Program-made: the position numbers and the translations under genes | The notes under the pieces: generated by a model | Database searches by the model: none | Told to the model about the DNA's origin: nothing | The model's input: the letters and a program-made list of their open reading frames with translations, nothing else | Source: Promethearchaeota archaeon | GTDB taxonomy: Archaea; Asgardarchaeota; Lokiarchaeia; Sigyniarchaeales; SOKP01 | Length of the DNA stretch: 48,249 nt | NCBI GenBank assembly: GCA_016840165.1 | Contig: JAEOSU010000047.1 | Location: forward strand, 1 to 48,249 | Direction: 5' to 3' | Part shown: piece after piece, positions 1 through 9,463 of the stretch | Numbering within the stretch: the stretch's first letter is position 1 | Layout: the number at the start of each line of letters is the position of its first letter

Positions 1-191
1 TTAGTGAGATCCTCCCCTCTGTTAAGATAAAAGAGAATTAAACCCTTAAGAAACTGAAGGTGACTTTTTTGTTGATGATTAAGCCCCTTAAAATGGTTCT
101 CATCATTTAGTATTTCAAGAGCTTCATTAAGCTTACCGGTATCGAAAAGCTCTTCTGCAAACTTTAGCTGATTTAGCTCCGAATTAGGCAT
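1..191 (-). CDS. TPR-like helical protein, N-terminal part (truncated by window edge)
   Basis: Hand translation from ATG at 191: MPNSELNQLKFAEELFDTGKLNEALEILND...LQFLKGLILFYLNRGEDL, open to the edge; pattern resembles the N-terminus of the TPR proteins at 45590 and 47383. Confidence 0.7.
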   Translation of the reverse strand, partial: MPNSELNQLKFAEELFDTGKLNEALEILNDENHFKGLNHQQKSHLQFLKGLILFYLNRGEDLT

Positions 192-410
192 AATATTAAT
201 TAATAGGAATTAACCCTTATGAATTAATAATCCATTTATAATTATAAATCTAATTTATATTTACTTTACAAAAAGACCTTCATTAAGCTTTTTTACCATT
301 TCAGAATTATTACACTGAAAGATAAGAATAATTCATTTATTAATCAGAAAGGCTTCTTTAATCAAGAAATAAAAAAAAGAATTAATTAGAAATTTTTTAA
401 TTTATGGCGT

Positions 411-806
411 TTAGCTTCTCTGTTTGATATAAGTAACGATTCCAAGTATTAAAAGTACAGCCTCTACAGTTATAGGAAATAAACCTTGTGTTCTCCACAA
501 AGCTCCAAAAGTGGAATAAAATGTAGCATATACGGCAAGTTCAATGATTAATGTCGATAAAAGTATCCCGATAAAATACATAAATGTCAATTTAATTTCT
601 TCCCATTCCTTTTTACGTAGCATTAAAATTGCGAAAATAGCAGATATTAAATTAACGCCCCCAAACATTCTTGGGAGATAGGGGTTTGTCCAACCCTCAG
701 GATTCATGGCCATATCATACAGAAATGTAAGAAGTATCCCAAATAAGAACCACATAATAGCATCCACTAAAAGTACGATTTTTGTAAGTTTTTTAATTTC
801 AGTCAT
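411..806 (-). CDS. Four-TM small membrane protein, paralog of 37376..37771
   Basis: Four hydrophobic segments; MTEIKK start, KEWE.IKL motif and QRS end shared with the paralog; ATG at 806 preferred over TTG at 818. Confidence 0.8.
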   Translation of the reverse strand: MTEIKKLTKIVLLVDAIMWFLFGILLTFLYDMAMNPEGWTNPYLPRMFGGVNLISAIFAILMLRKKEWEEIKLTFMYFIGILLSTLIIELAVYATFYSTFGALWRTQGLFPITVEAVLLILGIVTYIKQRS

Positions 807-929
807 TTTTTTTATCAACTCAATTTATTTTTTATTGTATTTTTTATCATCAAATTGATGAAAATTTAAAAAAAAAAAGATGTTAGAATTTATTTTTTAT
901 CTGATATGATTGATGATGTGGCTTAGCAT

Positions 930-1631
930 CTATATTCCCCAGCATCTTGTAAAGTAAGATACTGGACCGACCGGCAATATACCAACTCCAAACCCCACAT
1001 CATCTGGGATGCCAACATTCCATAAAGCTCCGGCAAGAACCCATCTTCCTTCTGGCAAAACTTCAGGGGGTTGATCCCAGGGAATTGTCGCAGGGTTGAA
1101 GAGATCATCCCAATCAGGTTCATAATATTCAGCTGTAAAGCTTATAAGCATTAATATCGTTGCTGGTACGAATGTTCCTCCAGTATTAGGCATGGTAAGG
1201 TCTTCAAAAATATTTCGATATGTTAATGTCAAAGCGGTATCAGTAGTCTTAAATAATCCCCCACCAATGACCACCGAAACATTAATAAACCATTTCCAAA
1301 GGATTGGGCAAAGGAAATAATAGCTGGTGTTTATAATATACCCCTCTTTGAGCATTCCCATCATTGTATACAATTTTTTACCTGAATCATCATAGATTCT
1401 TTGATGGAAAACTGCTTTCACTGATGGTGGCCCACCATGTTTACCGGATTTAATATTCCCTACGATAAGATTGGTAGCATTGATATCTAAATCGTCTCCT
1501 ATAGCCATGAATAAGACGTGATTAGAACCAGCAGCCATCACCGGGGAAATAATTGCTATAATACCTATTAAAAATGATGCTGCGATCAATCCTTTAGTCG
1601 CTTTTGAAATCTTTTTCATTCTCATTCTCAC
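930..1631 (-). CDS. Secreted protein of unknown function
   Basis: Basic N-terminus, hydrophobic core and VMA-A cleavage-like site; true start may be ATG 1625 or 1619 after GGTGAG. Confidence 0.7.
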   Translation of the reverse strand: MRMRMKKISKATKGLIAASFLIGIIAIISPVMAAGSNHVLFMAIGDDLDINATNLIVGNIKSGKHGGPPSVKAVFHQRIYDDSGKKLYTMMGMLKEGYIINTSYYFLCPILWKWFINVSVVIGGGLFKTTDTALTLTYRNIFEDLTMPNTGGTFVPATILMLISFTAEYYEPDWDDLFNPATIPWDQPPEVLPEGRWVLAGALWNVGIPDDVGFGVGILPVGPVSYFTRCWGI

Positions 1632-1679
1632 CTTAAATATTTTTTTTCAACTCTTTTTTCTATTTTTAATTCTAATTTT

Positions 1680-1820
1680 ATCATCAAAATGATGATTAAT
1701 GAAAAATGAGGGCATCCATCCATATATAGTTCCACTTTCGGCAATTTCTTGAAAATTCCGAAAATCTTTGGAAGTTTTGAAAAATAGGTATAAATAGAAC
1801 TGTTCCCAATTTATACCTAT
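1680..1820. promoter_or_regulatory. Divergent promoter A with TTCCG-N8-TGGAA operator (1756-1773), minus-strand TATA at 1728-1721 and plus-strand TATA at 1789-1796
   Basis: Colinear with the intergenic region 39790-39930, with identical motif spacing. Confidence 0.65.
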
Positions 1821-1848
1821 CGAAAATTATTTTTTCTTTCTTTAGAAA

Positions 1849-3765
1849 ATGGGAAAATTAAATTATCCACCTAAAGAGATTCTTAACCCCTCGGAACTGC
1901 AAAGAAGAAATTATGACCAAATAATTCTTTGGATGCTAGCAAATAATGAAAGTTGTGAATGGTCTAATTTTGAACAAAAGCCAATTGAAATTCCAATTTC
2001 CACATTATCACGTCATTTAACAACATTAATCTTTAAAGGATTTATAGAAAAATTTTCGAGAGGAAATTACAAGATAACCTTAAAGGGAAAAAAAAAATTT
2101 CTTGAATTATCAAAAGACACAATAAAGAAACGAAAGTTAAATTATCCCCCTAAAATTATCTTAAAAAGAGGAAGGAACTATTCTCATTGGATTTTATGGA
2201 TGATCTACAATAATGGTTTTTGCAAAAGATCTGACTTTCTTAAAGAACCTTTCTCTATAAATCAATCCTCTCTATCAAGAAGTCTAAGTTCATTAGTTCA
2301 TAAAGGTTTTATAATAAAAGAAAATAAGCGCTATACCATAACTCAAGCTGGTAAATCCGAATATTCAAGGATACTGCAAAACTATAATTTAGACAGACAA
2401 ACGATTTTAGAGGAAGAGAGAAAGCGTATTGACGAAATCACTACAAAAACAAAACTTTTTTTTGAAAAATTTAATATAACTGATGATTATGTTAAATATA
2501 GATTTCTCAATAACCTGTTAAATTTAGACTATTCAAAAGTGAACACAATTTTAAAAGATGAAGAGTATTACTATAAGATTTTACTCTTTATTTCAATAAA
2601 TCATCCAGATTTTTATCCTGATTATCTATCTCTTGAAGATTTTTCACGATTCTATGATATAAACAAGAGAATTTTAGATTTTTGGGTAAATGAAATTGTA
2701 GATAGCGACTTATATGATTTAAAATTTTTTAAATTGGAACCTTCTTCTAATCAATTTTACTATTTTCATTCAGATGAAAAATTAGAGAAGATTCTTCGTG
2801 CTATTACAGAAGAACATATTACAAAAAACGAATATTTAGAAAAATTTGGGACTTCTGGAAGCTTAAATTCCACTATAGAGGATATTCTTGAAGAACTCTG
2901 CTGTACTATATTTAACAACCATTTTAAAGAATCATTAAGAGAATTTTTACTAAGCTATATAAAACACTTAGCATATAAAATTGAGCTTAAGAAAGAATTG
3001 ACAGAACCTTACGATAAACTTGAAGGCATAATTTGGCAAGATATGGCTGATATTCTACAATCCCAAAAGTCGGAAATGTTAGAATCTCAATATGAAAAAT
3101 TAATCAAAGATATTGATAAAGAAATCGGTTTGAGCCCTAAAGATTATAAATTATATAATTCAAAAGTCCATATCCTTCTCTATTTTAACCAATACGACGA
3201 AGTTTTGATAATATTAAAAAAAATGAAGGAATTGTTTCCTGAAAATGAAATCGATATCATGATAAAAAAGGCATATACCCTTAAAAGAGATAAAAAATTG
3301 GAAGAAGGATTAGAGAGTATTGAGAATCTACTTAAAAAATACCCTAAAGATAATTCTCTTCATAATTATAAAGCATATTGGTTATCTTATTTAGGTAAAA
3401 AAGAAGAGGCATTGGAAATTATCCAAAAACTTACGAAGAATGAACCAGAAAAAGGAATTTATCACGATACCTATGGAGAAATCTTAATGACTTTTAAAGA
3501 ATATGAAAAAGCTATAGAAGAATTCAAAAAAGCTATAGAAATTGATACTAAAAATTGGTTTATTTACCAGACTTATATAAAAATTGGAATCTGTTATACA
3601 GCACTCGAAAAGTTTGAATTAGCACTTCAAAATCTAAGGGAAGGTAAAGAATTAACGGGAAAGATTATAAGTGATTTGGAATCAAAACGTAAATGGCTAG
3701 CTATTGCTGAACTTTTTTTAGCAGAAATTAAAGAACAAGAACAGTTAACTATTACAAATCAATAG
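1849..3765 (+). CDS. Tandem winged-HTH plus C-terminal TPR protein, putative transcription regulator
   Basis: Two repeats of NYPP..NY..ILWM..NN..C...F...P..I..S.LSR.L..L..KG.I....Y.IT..GK (MarR/ArsR-like wHTH), followed by several TPRs. Confidence 0.8.
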   Translation: MGKLNYPPKEILNPSELQRRNYDQIILWMLANNESCEWSNFEQKPIEIPISTLSRHLTTLIFKGFIEKFSRGNYKITLKGKKKFLELSKDTIKKRKLNYPPKIILKRGRNYSHWILWMIYNNGFCKRSDFLKEPFSINQSSLSRSLSSLVHKGFIIKENKRYTITQAGKSEYSRILQNYNLDRQTILEEERKRIDEITTKTKLFFEKFNITDDYVKYRFLNNLLNLDYSKVNTILKDEEYYYKILLFISINHPDFYPDYLSLEDFSRFYDINKRILDFWVNEIVDSDLYDLKFFKLEPSSNQFYYFHSDEKLEKILRAITEEHITKNEYLEKFGTSGSLNSTIEDILEELCCTIFNNHFKESLREFLLSYIKHLAYKIELKKELTEPYDKLEGIIWQDMADILQSQKSEMLESQYEKLIKDIDKEIGLSPKDYKLYNSKVHILLYFNQYDEVLIILKKMKELFPENEIDIMIKKAYTLKRDKKLEEGLESIENLLKKYPKDNSLHNYKAYWLSYLGKKEEALEIIQKLTKNEPEKGIYHDTYGEILMTFKEYEKAIEEFKKAIEIDTKNWFIYQTYIKIGICYTALEKFELALQNLREGKELTGKIISDLESKRKWLAIAELFLAEIKEQEQLTITNQ

Positions 3766-3839
3766 TATGATAAAAATATTTGAATTTTAAAAAAAGAAGT
3801 TGTTAAAGAAAAATAAATTACCACTTAATATTATAAAAA

Positions 3840-4127
3840 TCAGAAATCTTCTTCATCCTCTTCCAATAAACCCGCTTGCTTTAATAAATCCTCCACTGTA
3901 TCTCGCGCTTTCATTACTTGTTCGTTTTCTGAGAGCTTTAAATTGTCTAATACAGAATCTGAAAATTCCATAAACTTTTTTATTGATTGACTGGAGAAAT
4001 CCTTAATTTTTTCGGAGGTATCTTCTATAAAATCCTTTCCACTTTCCCCAAAAGCACCACCAACAAAATCTATGAACGCTTTATTGAGTTTATCTATAGG
4101 AGTTTCTTTCTTTTCATTATCGCTCAT
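3840..4127 (-). CDS. Small acidic helical hypothetical protein
   Basis: 95-aa ORF with upstream GGAAAGTGA and protein-like composition. Confidence 0.7.
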   Translation of the reverse strand: MSDNEKKETPIDKLNKAFIDFVGGAFGESGKDFIEDTSEKIKDFSSQSIKKFMEFSDSVLDNLKLSENEQVMKARDTVEDLLKQAGLLEEDEEDF

Positions 4128-4276
4128 AATTCGTAATCACTTTCCTTCTTTATAGTTTATTTTATATGTGTTCCTAAAATAAATCACCATATCTTAAATA
4201 AGTTTTTCAAACGAATCTAAATATGCTCTATATTATTTTAGACTAGTAAATTAAAAAAAGAAAAATAAAAAATAAA

Positions 4277-5035
4277 TTACAAATGGATACGCTCTTTTCT
4301 TATCTTGTTTTCAATACTCTTTAATATTTCCTTTAACTCCTTTTTATCAAGCATATCCATTTTCTCTATACTTTTAATTACAGAATTTAACTCTTCCTTA
4401 ATTTCAGTGATATTTTGGATTCGGGAATTAAGTCGGTCTAGTGAAAATTTTAGTTTTGATCGCATCCCTCTAAAATAATCTAATGCATCTTCCTTTGATT
4501 CACATTGTTCTATAAATCTGATAATTCTCTTACGATGCGGTCTTCGTGCAAATGGATGGGCATATACTTCAGGAGGCGCCATATCTGACATCATAGCAAA
4601 CTCGTTAGCCCATTTTTCCTTTAGTTGTTCAAGATATTCTTTTCCTTTTTCTGAAATAAAGTAAATCTTTTGGTCTCGACCTTCTATTGTTGTCTCCTTT
4701 ACTTCAAGATATTCTCCCTTTTCGAGCTCTTCTAAACTTCTAATCATGCTTCCTCGAGGAATTTGATACTTTTCTTGTAGTTGATATCCATTAATTCCCT
4801 CTTTTTTATCAATTATAATTGATAAGATAAAAAAATGCTTGATTTCCTTGAAATCTTCACGAGAAATAGGTATTGGAGGCATAGGAGGTGGAAAATGTCG
4901 ATATGAGTGTCTTGATCCGTAATTTCTAGGACCATACGGTACTCTGGGTGGTGGGACATGAGGTTGTCCTTGAAAATATGGGAATCTGTTAAATTCTCTC
5001 GGTTCAAAATCATAATCTTTATTTTTTTTATTCAA
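4277..5035 (-). CDS. PadR-family transcriptional regulator with Pro/Arg-rich N-terminus and coiled-coil C-terminus
   Basis: ILSII...GINGYQL...IPRGSMIRSLEELEKGEYL...GRDQKIYFISEKGKEYL is a PadR-type wHTH; TTG at 5035 follows GGTGAG. Confidence 0.8.
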   Translation of the reverse strand: MNKKNKDYDFEPREFNRFPYFQGQPHVPPPRVPYGPRNYGSRHSYRHFPPPMPPIPISREDFKEIKHFFILSIIIDKKEGINGYQLQEKYQIPRGSMIRSLEELEKGEYLEVKETTIEGRDQKIYFISEKGKEYLEQLKEKWANEFAMMSDMAPPEVYAHPFARRPHRKRIIRFIEQCESKEDALDYFRGMRSKLKFSLDRLNSRIQNITEIKEELNSVIKSIEKMDMLDKKELKEILKSIENKIRKERIHL

Positions 5036-5050
5036 TATTTTTCTCACCAC

Positions 5051-5121
5051 ATATATGATCAATTGGTCATATATATACTTAATAGAAATCAACCTATTTA
5101 AATGTGATCATTGGATCATAT
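5051..5121. promoter_or_regulatory. Two palindromic operators ATRTGATC-N4-GRTCATAT (5051-5074, 5102-5121) flanking a minus-strand TATA (5102-5095)
   Basis: Near-perfect 24-bp palindrome plus a second copy, directly upstream of the PadR gene. Confidence 0.65.
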
Positions 5122-5169
5122 ATATTGGTCAATAAAAAAATTAGAAGAAATAAATTGTAGACACGTAAT

Positions 5170-6096
5170 CTAAGCAAAACTCAATTCATAAAGCTTTTTA
5201 TTTGCATCCATTTTCGTTTTCGCATTTTCTACTACCTTCTGAAAATCATTTGTAAGTTTTCTCATCTCCATTTCTGCCGCATCAGCATGTCCTGAGAGTG
5301 CGATCCTTCCAAAATCAGAATTCATTAGTTTAAGAATTTTATTTCTAAGTATTAAGAGAGGAATCCAACTTAACATTCGATATTTCTTAGGTAGAATAGG
5401 GATTTCAAGATCTTTAAGTGCTTTTAAATTTTCACGAAATCCTTTTAATGCTAAGGTAACAAGTTCTTTTTCCTTACCAAGTCTTGTATTTCGATGTCTT
5501 GCCGCATAACTTCCCATGGCTAAAGGACTGATAAATGCAGCATGAGTTTTTAACCATGCGTCAATATTTTCACTTAAATCAACTTTTATCCCTGATTCTG
5601 TAAAAGCTTTCTCGATTTTTTTTATTCGCTCACTCATCGTACAATCCAACTCTCCAACATATAAAATAACATTATCTACATATGCAGCAATGATTCTATA
5701 ATCTTCTCGATATCCTCCAGGTCCTCCAAAACCAAGAAGTATTCTCTCTCGTTCAATATGCTCTAAATATTCATCGGCTCCTGAGGGATTGTTCCCTGTG
5801 AATATTATAGTTGGACTAATATTCTCCTTTAATATGGGTAAAATCTGACTTACTTGTTGTCGTTGCATTATTACTAATATTAGATCATAATTATCATCCT
5901 TCTCGAGTTTTTCAACTGTATCTATTGGTGTTTCATACTCTTTATGAAAAATGTCATCTCGAATAACAAGACCATGCTCTTTTAGGTCTTGAAGACGTTT
6001 TCCTCTCGCAAGAACCGAAACATCGTTTCCTCCAGTTTTTAGCTTATAAGCAAACATACTACCGATAACACCGGCGCCATATACTAATATTTTCAT
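5170..6096 (-). CDS. Ketopantoate reductase (PanE/ApbA) family oxidoreductase
   Basis: MKILVYGAGVIGS Rossmann motif, VLARG, WLKTH. Confidence 0.8.
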   Translation of the reverse strand: MKILVYGAGVIGSMFAYKLKTGGNDVSVLARGKRLQDLKEHGLVIRDDIFHKEYETPIDTVEKLEKDDNYDLILVIMQRQQVSQILPILKENISPTIIFTGNNPSGADEYLEHIERERILLGFGGPGGYREDYRIIAAYVDNVILYVGELDCTMSERIKKIEKAFTESGIKVDLSENIDAWLKTHAAFISPLAMGSYAARHRNTRLGKEKELVTLALKGFRENLKALKDLEIPILPKKYRMLSWIPLLILRNKILKLMNSDFGRIALSGHADAAEMEMRKLTNDFQKVVENAKTKMDANKKLYELSFA

Positions 6097-6378
6097 GATG
6101 ATTACCCATAATTTGTTTTTTCTTTCATAATTGAGGATTAGAATATATTGTATTTAAATTTAGTCACACCTAAATTGATTAAATAATTAATAAAATATGG
6201 AACCTTAAATCACCAGATAGTTAAGAATGAAAGTGATCTTCCCAAATCCAATTATTGTTTATCAAATAAATTTAGATCAAGTTTATAAAGTTTCCTAAAT
6301 CTACTATATAGCTAATTTAAGCTGATAATTTTTCAAAAATTTATGTTTTAAAGTCATGCTATATTTCTGTAAATAATT

Positions 6379-7866
6379 ATGAGTAAAGATCATTTTCTAC
6401 ATGGATTTCTAAATCCTAAAAGTGTGGCTTTCTATGGAGCGAACAATAAAGGAGGATCGTTGGCATCAATCCAAATTATGAATCTTATAAAATCTGGATA
6501 TAATGGGAATATCTATCCTATCCATCCGAAATTAGACACAGTAATGGGATTTAAAGCCTATAAATCAATATCAGTTCTTCCTGAGGTTCCCGATTTAGTG
6601 GTTATTGTCCTTCCCGCAAAAATAGTTCCAGGCATTTTCAGGGAATGTGGAGAGAAAGGAGTAAAAAGGATAATTTTGATCTCAGGAGGGTTTCGAGAAC
6701 TTATTAAAGACCGAAAAAATACTCTAACGGAAGAGATAAATCAAATTTCCTTAAAATATGGAATGAGATTTATCGGACCTAATTGTTTAGGCGTTTTTAA
6801 TAACTATTTTGGTGAGAAAGATCAATATCGCGCTTTTAATACGGCTATTTGGGAAAATATTAAGAGAGGTACTTTTTCAATCGCATCTCAAAGTGGAACT
6901 CTTTCAAGCCATATATGGTTTGATCCAGATAATTTAGACTTAGGTTTAAGTAAGTCACTTTCTGTAGGAAATGAAGCTAACATAGATATTGTTGATTGCT
7001 TGGAATATTATAAAGATGATACCCATACCAGTGTGATTGGGTTATATATTGAAGAGCTAAAAAGAGGAAAACAGTTTTTAAACTTAGCTAGGGAAATTAC
7101 TCCTCATAAACCTATTGTTGCGATTTATGTAGGTGGATCTGAAGCAGGAAATCGTGCCTTACAAAGTCATACCGGTTCGTTAGCTGGAAATGCGATGATA
7201 TATGACGCCGTTTTTAAAGAATCAGGAATCATTAAAACGGAGTATGTCACAGAATTTTTAGATATTGCATTTGTTTTATGTAATGGTGTTCTACCAAAGG
7301 GTAGAAGACTTGCAATCATTACGAATTCTGGGGGTCCTGGAGCAATGATCGCCAATAATGCTGAAAATAAAGGCTTGAGAGTTCCGGAATTATCCGAGAA
7401 ACTTCAAGAGGAGTTAAAAGAGGTTTTGCCTCATACTGCTAGCTTTAAAAACCCAATAGACTGCACTTTTGACATGAATTTACCTTATTTCTATATTGAT
7501 CTTCCAAAAATGATAATGAATTCAGGAGAAATTGATATCATCATCCAATATGGGGTTGTAGGATTTCAAGATGTTATGGATGATTACTTAAATTATGAAA
7601 GAATTACTCAATATGCAGAATTTAAGCATCAACCTGATGCGATTATGGATAACTTGGCAAAGCAATTAATTAGTCCTACACTTACCAATTCGAAGAAATA
7701 TTCTGTTCCGATATTATATGTAAGTCCAATGTGTTATACAAGTCCATGGTCAAAAAGACTCCGCAATAATGGAGCTCTCCTCTTTAAATACTGGGATAGA
7801 CCAGTTAATTGTCTCTCAAAAATATGCGATTATGCTGAATTCAAACAAAAAAAGTTTCTTAAATAA
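6379..7866 (+). CDS. acdA: Acetate/acyl-CoA ligase (ADP-forming) alpha subunit
   Basis: PKSVAFYGA, GPNCLG, SQSG, SVGNEA, SHTGSLAG (phospho-His), NSGGPG, NPID motifs. Confidence 0.88.
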   Translation: MSKDHFLHGFLNPKSVAFYGANNKGGSLASIQIMNLIKSGYNGNIYPIHPKLDTVMGFKAYKSISVLPEVPDLVVIVLPAKIVPGIFRECGEKGVKRIILISGGFRELIKDRKNTLTEEINQISLKYGMRFIGPNCLGVFNNYFGEKDQYRAFNTAIWENIKRGTFSIASQSGTLSSHIWFDPDNLDLGLSKSLSVGNEANIDIVDCLEYYKDDTHTSVIGLYIEELKRGKQFLNLAREITPHKPIVAIYVGGSEAGNRALQSHTGSLAGNAMIYDAVFKESGIIKTEYVTEFLDIAFVLCNGVLPKGRRLAIITNSGGPGAMIANNAENKGLRVPELSEKLQEELKEVLPHTASFKNPIDCTFDMNLPYFYIDLPKMIMNSGEIDIIIQYGVVGFQDVMDDYLNYERITQYAEFKHQPDAIMDNLAKQLISPTLTNSKKYSVPILYVSPMCYTSPWSKRLRNNGALLFKYWDRPVNCLSKICDYAEFKQKKFLK

Positions 7867-7889
7867 TGAAATTCCTATCTCTTTAATCT

Positions 7890-8294
7890 CTATTCTTCAA
7901 ACAAGTCATCAAATTTCATACCAAGCTTCTTGGCTATCTTTTCTAGGTCCAGTTTAGTAAAATCATTATCTAACTCAATATCAATATTATTTAATTTGAT
8001 TAATTTATTGGTTGTAATTCCCACTTCAGAAGAAATCTTCTCTAACTCTTCAAGTGTTTTGTTTTTTAATATATCTTTAATAATCGGTTCTTGATAAAAA
8101 ATTTCTTTTAAAGGTTTTTCTAATACTTCTGCGATTTTAAATGAAATTGTGAGAGAAGGATTATATGATCCCTTTTCTAAATAATAGATTGTTTGACGTG
8201 AAACTCCTATTTTATCAGCTAACTCTTGCTGACTTAGATTATATTCTTCTCTTATTTCCTTGATGTGTGATTTTACTTTAGTTTTGAACCTCAA
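7890..8294 (-). CDS. XRE/Cro-CI HTH regulator with a second degenerate HTH
   Basis: LSQQELADKIGVSRQTIYYLEKGSYNPSL. Confidence 0.88.
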   Translation of the reverse strand: MRFKTKVKSHIKEIREEYNLSQQELADKIGVSRQTIYYLEKGSYNPSLTISFKIAEVLEKPLKEIFYQEPIIKDILKNKTLEELEKISSEVGITTNKLIKLNNIDIELDNDFTKLDLEKIAKKLGMKFDDLFEE

Positions 8295-8355
8295 TTATTT
8301 CTCACCATTCGTGTAAGAATCTAATCGCATCTAGTAAGTATTGGAAAAAATTTTA

Positions 8356-9186
8356 TTACCCTTCCTTTAATTTAAAAAGCTCCTCAATGGTGCAATTTAA
8401 TACTTCTGCGATTTTATATGCCAGTACTAAACTGGGATTATATCGTCCTTCTTCGAGATATTTAATGGTTTGTGGGGGAACTCCGACTCTTTCGGCTAAC
8501 TGGGAAACGCTAAGGCTAGCTTTTTCTCTTAATTCCTTAATAGAGGTTTGTAAAAGTTCGCCTTCACGAATCTTTGAAAGAATATAACTAATGAAGTTAT
8601 CAAAGGCTAATTCTTGCGGTCTAAAAATCTTATCTTCCAATCCCTCTGGTGATTGTGAGGATTGAAAAATCATTTTTTTAATCTGATCTTCAATGATTTG
8701 TGGATCTTTTAAACCCGGGATATAACCTTCAGGACCAATTCCTCTGGATTTTGTACCAGAACTCACTGCACTATGTCCAGCGGTTTCAATTTTTACAGTA
8801 TAGGTCTTGAACATCCTATCAAAAATACCACATACTATATTGATGTTTTGGATTCGCTTATAGGGAATAGTTGCGCGCATCTTTGTAAATACGCCATGAT
8901 TAATAACAATGTTATTTTCCTGTATCATATATGAGAAATTTCTCTTATATGCGGCAAAATATAAAGCTGACACAGGAGCAATAATCAAATAAGGAACAAC
9001 TATAAAACTAATAATCAATACCAGGAAAAGACTAAAATCGAATTGTCCACTAAAAATTAAGTACACTAAGAATGTTATTATTAAAGCAATAGCTATAAGA
9101 AACAGGAATAAGTTGTTCTTTAAAGACTCCTTTTTGACAAAAGCGCGCGAAATTGTGCCTCTATACACTTCATTTTTATTATTCAC
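8356..9186 (-). CDS. Membrane bPH_2 (YdbS-like) domain fused to a C-terminal XRE HTH
   Basis: Two TMs; GVFTKMRATIPYKRIQNINIVCGIFDRMF...VKIETAG (bPH_2); LSVSQLAERVGVPPQTIKYLEEGRYNPSL; GGAGGT RBS. Confidence 0.8.
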   Translation of the reverse strand: MNNKNEVYRGTISRAFVKKESLKNNLFLFLIAIALIITFLVYLIFSGQFDFSLFLVLIISFIVVPYLIIAPVSALYFAAYKRNFSYMIQENNIVINHGVFTKMRATIPYKRIQNINIVCGIFDRMFKTYTVKIETAGHSAVSSGTKSRGIGPEGYIPGLKDPQIIEDQIKKMIFQSSQSPEGLEDKIFRPQELAFDNFISYILSKIREGELLQTSIKELREKASLSVSQLAERVGVPPQTIKYLEEGRYNPSLVLAYKIAEVLNCTIEELFKLKEG

Positions 9187-9463
9187 TCTCTTTTACCTCC
9201 AAAAAAATTATAAAATGATTATTTATATATAAATAAAGTTTACAATGCTATAAAAATATATTGTATAATCTATTGAGGGAATTTTAAGAGTTTCTAATGA
9301 TGTATAATAAGGTTCACAAATTAATAAATAGCAAAATATAACATCAAGAAGGCTCTTAATAAGACTATATTTAAACGATCAAAACATTTAAATATGATTG
9401 TAAAGTATACTAGTCATGGATTAGGTATAACTGATAATTAATTAAAAAAAAGTAGGTGAAAAC

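Noticed and set aside
855-904. Box C/D sRNA (TGATGA...CTGA) on the plus strand
   Set aside because: The guide region would be poly-A with no credible D'/C' boxes.
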